Shown: positions 21,586-29,474 of the stretch, piece by piece
Layout: each line of letters begins with the position of its first letter
Numbering within the stretch: position 1 is the first letter of the stretch
Virus record (IMG/VR): IMGVR_UViG_3300025012_000026
Location: 163,248-227,247 of that record
Length of the DNA: 64,000 nucleotides
Strand: one strand, 5' to 3'
The notes under the pieces: generated by a model
Databases searched by the model: none
Seen by the model: only the letters and a program-made list of their open reading frames with translations
What the model was told of the DNA's origin: nothing
Translations under genes and position numbers: made by a program

Positions 21586-22038
21586 CTACTCAAACATTTT
21601 AACAGTATTCTTAAATATCCCTGCCATATCACAAGAATAACCAAATCTATCATGATTTTTATCAATATCAATAAGAATATTTCCATCATTGTGTCTTAAT
21701 GACGATGCTTTCCAATCACAAACCATTTCAATTAAATCTACTAAATCCATATCTTTAATTCCATTAGGCCAATGTTGGGGGTGATGTCTATTTTTTGCAT
21801 AATGATGATCTAATGCTTCTTTAAGTTCTTCAAGAGTCTTTTTATCTTCTTCGCTTCCATAGGTGCAACCAGCCAATTTTGAATTATGTTGAGCAAAAAT
21901 ATCTGCTTCAAAGTCCTCTAGTTTTGAATTATCATGATTGATTGCTCTTTCACCTAATTTCTGGATAACTTTATTCATAAACTTATTGACCAATTGCTTA
22001 TGTTTGTATGTGTCACACATTGTTTCATATTTTGTCAT
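21586..22038 (-). CDS. DUF5662 / HD-like phosphohydrolase
   Basis: HDNSKL; HHYAKNRHHPQH; EMVCDW. Confidence 0.75.
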   Translation of the reverse strand: MTKYETMCDTYKHKQLVNKFMNKVIQKLGERAINHDNSKLEDFEADIFAQHNSKLAGCTYGSEEDKKTLEELKEALDHHYAKNRHHPQHWPNGIKDMDLVDLIEMVCDWKASSLRHNDGNILIDIDKNHDRFGYSCDMAGIFKNTVKMFE

Positions 22039-22210
22039 TATTTATTTTCCTCCCAATGCACAAGCAAAAAATATTCCAATCCACATTATGAAAAACCAAG
22101 CAACAGGACTTTGAGGTAAAATATTAATCGTAATATGCTTTGCTTCTTTATTATTCTCACACATAATTAAACACTCCTATTCCGATCAAACTATTCTTTG
22201 AATTGATAAC

Positions 22211-22567
22211 TCATCTACATAACTTTAAATTTTTTAACCAATTTAATTCTTTTGGAAAATCATCATAATCGATAATTCCCATATTAATACATGTCAATGT
22301 ATTAGGTTCTAAATCCGTCCATCCTCTATCTCTGATAGCGATATAACCTTTAACTTCTAATTCCTCTAATTTTGATTGCGGAGCATAAAGAATAATTTTC
22401 TTTTGATAATTCGTCATATATAATTCAATAGTTGAATCGTATTCCTTACTCTCATCAATCATAAAATTATAAAAATATACTGCTACTGCGTGTCCGACTT
22501 GACCTGCAAGTTTTCCTTTATTGATTTCAATATCTTCATTAACTAATATATACATTCTTAAATCCAT
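22211..22567 (-). CDS. Peptidyl-tRNA hydrolase Pth2-like
   Basis: MYILVNEDIEINKGKLAGQVGHA..QKKIIL..IRDRGWT..PNTLTC..LKL. Confidence 0.85.
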   Translation of the reverse strand: MDLRMYILVNEDIEINKGKLAGQVGHAVAVYFYNFMIDESKEYDSTIELYMTNYQKKIILYAPQSKLEELEVKGYIAIRDRGWTDLEPNTLTCINMGIIDYDDFPKELNWLKNLKLCR

Positions 22568-22777
22568 AATTAAATCTCCTATCAATCTCTAAAAATCAAT
22601 TCTTTATCTTGATAATCCTGACTAATAACTTCATACTTAAACTCAGTCAATATTGCATAATTTCTACAAGTCCTTCATTTTCTTGATTAAAAGACACCCA
22701 AATTACTTCTTTTATATTTGTGTCTTTACTTTTACAGTAAGGGCATGGGATGTTGTTTATCATTATTTACTCCTTTT

Positions 22778-22984
22778 CTAACATGGATAACCTTCATGTA
22801 ATTCATCTCTTGAATCAGTATAAAAACTTTCTTGATACATGTCGCACTCTTCATTATCGCATTTGAAAATATCTCCCTCTTTCTCTATCCAAGATTGAGG
22901 GTACGACCAATAATGTTCTGCTACTTGACGCTTACCATAGTAATCTGTGCATTTTAATTCATAACTACAATATGGACATTCCAT
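22778..22984 (-). CDS. Small Zn-finger protein
   Basis: MECPYC..CDNEEC..LHEGYPC. Confidence 0.6.
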   Translation of the reverse strand: MECPYCSYELKCTDYYGKRQVAEHYWSYPQSWIEKEGDIFKCDNEECDMYQESFYTDSRDELHEGYPC

Positions 22985-23069
22985 AAAAAAATATCACATC
23001 CAAATCTTTATCAGGAAGATATACTTCGTTTATCTCCATATATCTTCCATTTACTCCACTTTCTAAATC

Positions 23070-24779
23070 TTATTTCAAAACTCTCGCTCTAATTTCTGCT
23101 AAACTTTCATCTCTTACTAATTTTCCATCAATAAATACATCTTCAAGTAAATCAATAATATCAATTGCATCTTTTTCCATTTCATTTAATCCATCAACCA
23201 AATAGATACCATTTTCACCATCAACTACTGCAACCATTCCTTTTTGAGATTTTTTGATTCCACCAATATCGGTTTTAGGATCTTTAAAGATAAACTTTTC
23301 AACTCCATCAATAACCGTATAAGTGGCCTTTAAAGCGAACGAAAATGTGTCTCTGGTGTGATAACCTAAAGAATAACTTCCAACTCCGTATACGATGTTT
23401 TCTGCTGAAAACCCCTTTGCTTCTAATTGTTTGAAAGTTTCTTCTGCAATTTCTGGACTTATGCTATCTCCATATATTAAGCCCACATGACTATCTAGTA
23501 CCTTATACCCTTTACTATTAATAGTTCCTCCAAAGGTATCCCATAATGCTTCTACAGAACCCTTTTGCTCTATAGTTAATTTTACTTCTTTACAAATATG
23601 AACATTAGCACCATCAATATAATAATATTGTTTATCATGTCTATTCCAATCAATTTCAATAACAATTTCATAATGCTTATCTTGAAATTTAAAAATTGCA
23701 TCTTGCCTAGAAATACCATGTTCTCCATGAGGTGTATCATTTCTTATATCGTCAATTATTCTCTCCAACATAATTTCCTTGCAATCTTCCAGATTATCAC
23801 AATATTCTTCATTGGTTAAATCTTCAACAATCACATTACCGCAAATAATCTTTATTGGACTTCCAGAATCAGGACGAATGACACACTTACCATTTCTACT
23901 CATAATATCATCTTTCAATGAAGGTAAAATATTCCCCAAGACATTAAAATAATCATACCCATCACTAACTATACTTACAATTCCACTAGGGGCAACTTCA
24001 GTAATCATTCTCTTAAAATATCTCAAATCATCTTGATATCCACATTGAATACTATGTTCCGTTGCTAACACACTTGCTGAAACTAATTCCTTTTCCACAT
24101 TAACACCATAATATTGCTCTAAATATTGAATACTTGGAATCGTATCACTACCAGTAAAATATAATAAATGTCCTGCTCCTGTAGTTACTGCATCTTCATG
24201 ACCACTCATACCTCTATAACTAAAATTATGACATTGCCATTGAATATGATCTTTACTATCACATGTTTTCTCAGCCCACTTTTCACAAATGTCTCTATAT
24301 TTCTTTACAATTGTTGTTGCAGTAATTACTTTCCACATATTTGCGGAAATCAATGTCTCTAAGAAATTAGTCAACCAATAGAACTCTTTTTTAGTATTTT
24401 CAATTGTAAACACAGGAACTTTCATTGGAATCAATGTGCCTTCTTTTACTGCCTTGATTTTAATAGGAAGGTATCCTAAATCATGTAATGCTTCAATATG
24501 AGTTGTATCTGCACAATTATCTCCTAGAGAATTTTTAATGATTCTTTTATAATCTGCAACTACTATTGATTTATCAACATTGAAAAAGTTTTCATTGAAA
24601 TTATCAATTAGATAATCTTTAATAAATCCTTGTAAACCAAAGAATACTACTTCATTAATTCCTTCAATTCTTGAATGTCTAGGCGTAAATGTAGAATAAA
24701 TTTTTTCTGTACCTTTTTCACTCATAATGAGGTGGCTTATTTTGTACGAATCTGTCATTAACATTGGATTTGTTTTCAT
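23070..24779 (-). CDS. Nicotinamide phosphoribosyltransferase-like (Namat-like in NARP1 context)
   Basis: TDSYKISH, FFGLQ, HNFSYRG, ATEHS, SIVSDGYD, VIRPDSG, GLIYGDSI, KDPKTD..KKSQKG. Confidence 0.92.
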   Translation of the reverse strand: MKTNPMLMTDSYKISHLIMSEKGTEKIYSTFTPRHSRIEGINEVVFFGLQGFIKDYLIDNFNENFFNVDKSIVVADYKRIIKNSLGDNCADTTHIEALHDLGYLPIKIKAVKEGTLIPMKVPVFTIENTKKEFYWLTNFLETLISANMWKVITATTIVKKYRDICEKWAEKTCDSKDHIQWQCHNFSYRGMSGHEDAVTTGAGHLLYFTGSDTIPSIQYLEQYYGVNVEKELVSASVLATEHSIQCGYQDDLRYFKRMITEVAPSGIVSIVSDGYDYFNVLGNILPSLKDDIMSRNGKCVIRPDSGSPIKIICGNVIVEDLTNEEYCDNLEDCKEIMLERIIDDIRNDTPHGEHGISRQDAIFKFQDKHYEIVIEIDWNRHDKQYYYIDGANVHICKEVKLTIEQKGSVEALWDTFGGTINSKGYKVLDSHVGLIYGDSISPEIAEETFKQLEAKGFSAENIVYGVGSYSLGYHTRDTFSFALKATYTVIDGVEKFIFKDPKTDIGGIKKSQKGMVAVVDGENGIYLVDGLNEMEKDAIDIIDLLEDVFIDGKLVRDESLAEIRARVLK

Positions 24780-24780
24780 A

Positions 24781-25281
24781 TTATTTTACCTCTTTCTTAT
24801 TCATATTATTTAAATACTCAGCAACTTCTTCTAACGATTTAAAATACATTCCACCATTTCTTTCTACTATTAATCCGACCTGATTTAAAGATTTCATTTC
24901 TCCAATTGAAAAATTAATCTTATCATTTGGATAATTAATTTTATCTATAAACATATTAATATCAGGACTTCCAAGATAGCACATTGGATTTGGTACTTGT
25001 GTAATTATTGGAACTTCAGAATTTAATATACAAAATATAGTTTTTCCAGGACGTTTGTTGCTATCATCTATAACTTCTGCAATACTATAGACTCCACTCA
25101 TAGACGGAGTAATTACATATAAACAATAATCACATGTTTCACGTTGTCTACGCTCTTCTATCATACATTCTTCAGTCCAATCCTCTACAACTGGATTAAA
25201 ATAGTTAATATTAAGCATTGGAATTAATTTGTCTCTCCATATACTATTATTACAAGTACCGCCAAGGAATACTTTACTCAT
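24781..25281 (-). CDS. Nucleoside 2-deoxyribosyltransferase-like protein
   Basis: VFLGGTCNNSIWR..YFNPVVEDW..GVYSIAE. Confidence 0.75.
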   Translation of the reverse strand: MSKVFLGGTCNNSIWRDKLIPMLNINYFNPVVEDWTEECMIEERRQRETCDYCLYVITPSMSGVYSIAEVIDDSNKRPGKTIFCILNSEVPIITQVPNPMCYLGSPDINMFIDKINYPNDKINFSIGEMKSLNQVGLIVERNGGMYFKSLEEVAEYLNNMNKKEVK

Positions 25282-25284
25282 GAC

Positions 25285-26109
25285 TTAATTACCTTCTTTC
25301 ATAATTTTATATACTTCAATTTTATCATTTAATGATTCATTCATAATAGTATCTGTAGTGAAAACTTTATCAATCAAGTCTGTTTTAAATACATCGCCTT
25401 TGTAAATTGATTCCTCGCAATGTCCAACAACAAGATAAATTTCAGAAGCTCCAAGTTCTTTAAGTTGTTTTGCACCAAGCAAAAATGTTCCTCCATAACT
25501 TGATAAGTCATCCAACATTATTACTTTAAATCCTTTTTTCTTAACATCTCCAAAAACTTGAAGACTAGTAATTTTACCTGTTTGAAAATCTCTATGTTTA
25601 AATCCAACTAATTGATTTGGAACGCCAATCATTTTACTATAACGTTTCTCACTCGAAGCATCTGGGAAATAAACATAATCAGTATCATCATTGAAATTAA
25701 TTTTGTCTTTAATATCATAAAAAATATCTACAGATAGGAATCTACTTTTACAATTATTTAATAATGCAGGAGTTACATCAGAATGTGGTTCCAATACATG
25801 AATATAATCAAACCCTAAATTATTAATAAATTCTGCAATATATTTTAGTGTAAATGCTGAACCTCCTTCCGATCTATCCATTCTACTGTATGGCATGTAC
25901 ATGATATGTAGATTACAATTTATTTTTAATTGGTCTAGATATTTCTTTAAGAACAATAGTTTAATCAAGTCTGCATCTGATTGATACTTAAATGTAGTTA
26001 ACGAATTATTAACACCTCCTAAAATCTCATTAATTTGTTGTTCATTGAGTTTTGTTTCCCCATTTGGGAATGTAGTAAAATCTAATAGTTTGTTATTTAA
26101 CCAAATCAT
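25285..26109 (-). CDS. Ribose-phosphate pyrophosphokinase-like (Adps-like)
   Basis: FPNGE, YMPYSRMDR, EPHS, FPDASSEKRY, KHRDFQTG, LDDLSSYGGTF; start MIWLNNK after RBS. Confidence 0.9.
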   Translation of the reverse strand: MIWLNNKLLDFTTFPNGETKLNEQQINEILGGVNNSLTTFKYQSDADLIKLLFLKKYLDQLKINCNLHIMYMPYSRMDRSEGGSAFTLKYIAEFINNLGFDYIHVLEPHSDVTPALLNNCKSRFLSVDIFYDIKDKINFNDDTDYVYFPDASSEKRYSKMIGVPNQLVGFKHRDFQTGKITSLQVFGDVKKKGFKVIMLDDLSSYGGTFLLGAKQLKELGASEIYLVVGHCEESIYKGDVFKTDLIDKVFTTDTIMNESLNDKIEVYKIMKEGN

Positions 26110-26205
26110 TTTGTTTCCTCCTGAAATATTTATTTCTATATTCATACTACCACAATTTAGCATAATAAGTCAAGTTTAATTTAAACATCCTTTAAAATTT
26201 GATTT

Positions 26206-26538
26206 TCAATCTAATTCTTCAAAACTAATTTTAATCCTCATTTTCTTTTGAATTTTATGTCTATATATTTCTTCATTGTCAAGATACATTTCTGAAAAAA
26301 TACTATTGGGATAAACCATTAATTTGCCTCCAATAAATTTCCCATCTTTATGCGAATATTTTCCACCAATATAATCCATAATCTCATCTGGTACTTCATT
26401 CGTTGCCTTCATAAAATTCTCTTCATCTACTTCCCAACAAAAACATTCTCCATCTCCTGTGGGCTTACCTATAAATTCAACTGATTTCTTCATACTAACC
26501 TCTCCTTTACACCAATAATAACTTATAAACCATAGCAT
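26206..26538 (-). CDS. Hypothetical protein (likely start MKKSVEF)
   Basis: ORF with RBS AAAGGAGAGG. Confidence 0.55.
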   Translation of the reverse strand: MLWFISYYWCKGEVSMKKSVEFIGKPTGDGECFCWEVDEENFMKATNEVPDEIMDYIGGKYSHKDGKFIGGKLMVYPNSIFSEMYLDNEEIYRHKIQKKMRIKISFEELD

Positions 26539-26596
26539 AAATCATCACCATTACAAACATAATCAACTGTCCCTTAATTTTTTAAAGATTTATAAA

Positions 26597-26684
26597 TACT
26601 TAACTCAAAATACCTAACTTAACACAACTCATCGCAACTTAACTCAAACCAACATATCTAAACCAAACCCAAAATGCTTATCTT
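26597..26684 (-). ncRNA. Second block of the pentamer-module array: one full 60-nt unit (26611-26670) plus two partial units
   Basis: Plus strand aaaa|tacct aactt aacac aactc atcgc aactt aactc aaacc aacat atcta aacca aaccc|aaaa; same grammar as 27189-27564. Confidence 0.75.
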
Positions 26685-26686
26685 AA

Positions 26687-27151
26687 TCAAAAACTATTAC
26701 TTAATACCAATTTACTCTTCTTTTTATTTAACAATTTTAATTCTGTACATCCTCCAGCAAGCATAGCATGAAGTGTTTTTGCTCTATCAGAAACATGCCT
26801 AAATGCCTCCAATCCCTCTTTTGACATTTCATTAACAGGAGCATATTGTAATACTTGATACCCTTTATCAATCTTATTAAAACCACTCTTAATATGTTTT
26901 AAAGACATATCAGTATATTCATCTGGATTAACAATTGAATATCCTTGACCTGCTAAGGATTTAATAGTTTTACTTGATTCAAGTAATTTCTTTTTTGTTT
27001 TACCAATAATAGAATAATATTTAGGTGTATTTTGACTTTCTTTAATAACCTCTTCAATTTCACTATGTAATATCGTAGTGTCATAATCCATTTTTACAAT
27101 ATACTCAAATAGTAATTCCCATTTTTCTTTTTTATTTACTAATTCATTCAT
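26687..27151 (-). CDS. Accessory protein embedded in the array locus (possible winged helix plus helical region)
   Basis: Flanked on both sides by array units; TIKSLAGQGYSIV resembles a wHTH wing. Confidence 0.65.
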   Translation of the reverse strand: MNELVNKKEKWELLFEYIVKMDYDTTILHSEIEEVIKESQNTPKYYSIIGKTKKKLLESSKTIKSLAGQGYSIVNPDEYTDMSLKHIKSGFNKIDKGYQVLQYAPVNEMSKEGLEAFRHVSDRAKTLHAMLAGGCTELKLLNKKKSKLVLSNSF

Positions 27152-27188
27152 TCTTATATCTCCTTTATTATTCTTATTTTGCCCATAA

Positions 27189-27564
27189 TGCCTATCAAAT
27201 CACAGCGTATCGTACCTCAACGAAACCCATCTCAACACAACTGATCCTAAAATGCCTAACAAAACCAAACTCATCACATTCAAGACGCAACTGAACATAT
27301 CTAATCATATCCCAACTTAAAATACATAACAGAACTTATCCCATCCAATCATAACGCAACAGAGCGAAACTGAACCTAAAATACTCATCAAAGCATATCC
27401 AAACCCACCCAAACCCTACTCAACGAAACTGAACATATATTGCTCAACTTAACTCGGCCAAACTTATCATAACGCATTTTATCTCGACGTAACGTAGCAT
27501 ATATTGCTTAACTTATCGTAGCTTGCCCTATCCCATCTTAACTCGCCCCAACCCAACAGAACCT
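27189..27564 (-). ncRNA. Putative guide-RNA array: six 55-66 nt units of (NN + GTT/GAT/GCT) pentamers separated by TTTT/ATAT linkers (VIPR-like)
   Basis: Strict 5-nt periodicity; no ORF >=60 aa; begins 12 nt after the stop of the Cas7-like gene; each unit ends GCA/GTA. Confidence 0.8.
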
Positions 27565-27576
27565 AAAAATCATATC

Positions 27577-28155
27577 TTACTCTACTTCTTCGACTACAGC
27601 TACAAACTGTCCATACTTAGGTCTACTATCACACAGTCCTACATATTTCCCTGCAAAATCAATGCTTTGAATTACAGCTTCTAGATCAATTTGAGACTCT
27701 TCATAATTTACAAAGAATGTAACTTGCCATGTGTCAAATCTTGCTCTAGTTCTTAAAATTGAAGCATTATTTACTTTCATAACTCTAACATCTCTATACT
27801 TTAAATCTGCTTTCAATTGTTCTTTGGTAAGATTTTCACCATATGCAAAAGGTATGTATAACGGTTCAACTGATAAGAATTTCTGAATAGCTGTGCCTTT
27901 CTTAATAGACTTAGCTCCATTTCTAATTGTGGCCTCTACATTTTCTGCTGGCATAAAAGTTCCCATATTATCCTTCCAATACAGACCACATTCCCATTCT
28001 AAGTCTGCAATCATTTCATGATCTTCGTCAGTTTTTGTTCTCTTACCCGTATATTTCTTTAGTTCCTTAGTTAGAGGATGAAGTGGGTTAACTCCTTGGT
28101 TTGAGTGCATAATTAATGGGGTAATACCTTTCCATGTAACTTTAAGTTTTTTCAT
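27577..28155 (-). CDS. Stand-alone Cas7/RAMP-like protein (Vipr-like)
   Basis: RAMP-like motifs: LKVTWKGITPLIMH, FMPAENVEATIR, RTRARFDTWQVTF, C-terminal Gly-rich loop AGKYVGLCDSRPKYGQF. Confidence 0.75.
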   Translation of the reverse strand: MKKLKVTWKGITPLIMHSNQGVNPLHPLTKELKKYTGKRTKTDEDHEMIADLEWECGLYWKDNMGTFMPAENVEATIRNGAKSIKKGTAIQKFLSVEPLYIPFAYGENLTKEQLKADLKYRDVRVMKVNNASILRTRARFDTWQVTFFVNYEESQIDLEAVIQSIDFAGKYVGLCDSRPKYGQFVAVVEEVE

Positions 28156-28201
28156 TTTTAAACTCCCTCTTTCTTTTTAATTATTTATTTCTTACAAGTA
28201 A

Positions 28202-28230
28202 ATAATAACATGTTTATAGTAATTTGTCAA
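28202..28230 (-). promoter_or_regulatory. sigmaA promoter for the RAMP gene and array
   Basis: TTGACA-17-TATTAT with extended TG. Confidence 0.75.
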
Positions 28231-28441
28231 TAATTATTTATTGATTTAAGCTCGATAAAATATTTTTTTTAACTTATAAGACTTCTTCCTGCTTTATACA
28301 TTATGAATCCACCTATTGATACAACAATTGCGAATACAAAAACATTTATATTTGAATAACATATAAAATATGATCCACCAAAAGACAAAACAAAACCTAT
28401 AATTATAAATAATAATAATTTAAAAAATATCTCCCACAAAC

Positions 28442-28756
28442 CTAACTCTCCCTCTCTTTAGGATTCTCCCAATCCAAAAATTCCTTCTCTGCTCTTTCTC
28501 TACAATCAGGACAAAACCCTCTACCCATTCCATCAGTACATAAATGAGCATTACCATCTTTACCACAATACCAACATAGATAAAAACTATTTTGTTTAGA
28601 GGGATGCCAAGGACTCTCTATGCTTCCTTCTTCAATGAAAAGATGTCCACATTCATTTTCAAATTCCTCATCAGTCATATTTTCAAAATGATCTGCAACT
28701 AATTTTAATTTATCTTCCATTGTTAATTGCAATGATTCTTCATCTGTCAATTCCAT
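28442..28756 (-). CDS. Hypothetical protein with C-terminal Zn finger
   Basis: CWYCG..FCPDC. Confidence 0.55.
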   Translation of the reverse strand: MELTDEESLQLTMEDKLKLVADHFENMTDEEFENECGHLFIEEGSIESPWHPSKQNSFYLCWYCGKDGNAHLCTDGMGRGFCPDCRERAEKEFLDWENPKERES

Positions 28757-28773
28757 TTATTTCACTCCTTTAT

Positions 28774-29457
28774 TTATAACATCACAATATCATTATAAAT
28801 CAACCTATGTTTCTCATCAATCCACCTATCCTCATGATAGTGGCCGAAATACCATTGCTTATAGTCCAATTTCTCTTCTAATACCTCAAAATACTTGTTA
28901 ATTGATGTTAAACTCTTTACGTATAATCCTGCCATTAACTTCTCAAAAACACTCTGAGAACAATCATGCGAAACAATAAGGTCAATTTTCCAACCACACT
29001 TATCTAGATTGCTCATACCTTCTTCATACTCAGCATTAGATGGCATTTCTCTTTTCCACCATGATTTGCCTTCAGTCCTATTCCCTTTATCAATTGAATC
29101 AGCTCCACCAAAAGTAAATATCTTTTTGCCATTGATATTAAATACCTGTCCACGCATTAAATGGATAACACTGTCATTAATAAAATGTACCTTACCACCA
29201 TTCCATATTGAGACTGGCATCTTATCTAGCATTGAATGGTTCTCATGGTTTCCATCTATCCATAAACTAACATAATTTTTCTTATGTAACCAGTTTAACC
29301 AATATTCTTCTTCCTTGTCTCCATTCCATACAAGTCCAAAATCACCACAAATTATCATGTAATCGTTTTTAGTCAGTTCTTTTTGAAGAGGGAAGTTTTT
29401 CATATTAAATCTTGGCAGGCCCATACTTCCATGAGTGTCACCACTAATGAATATCAT
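28774..29457 (-). CDS. Calcineurin-like metallophosphoesterase
   Basis: GDTHG, GDFG, DGNHENH, SHDC, FGHYH. Confidence 0.92.
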   Translation of the reverse strand: MIFISGDTHGSMGLPRFNMKNFPLQKELTKNDYMIICGDFGLVWNGDKEEEYWLNWLHKKNYVSLWIDGNHENHSMLDKMPVSIWNGGKVHFINDSVIHLMRGQVFNINGKKIFTFGGADSIDKGNRTEGKSWWKREMPSNAEYEEGMSNLDKCGWKIDLIVSHDCSQSVFEKLMAGLYVKSLTSINKYFEVLEEKLDYKQWYFGHYHEDRWIDEKHRLIYNDIVML

Positions 29458-29474
29458 AATATTATTTCTCCTTT

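Noticed and set aside
27189-27564. Canonical CRISPR array, simple microsatellite or coding repeat
   Set aside because: No identical 25-40 nt repeats with unique spacers; two of every five bases vary freely and are grouped into punctuated ~60-nt units; no ORF >=60 aa
27189-27564. Reading the NN pairs as codon positions 1-2 gives peptide-like strings
   Set aside because: Nearly any dinucleotide string does this, so it is not evidence without a database match
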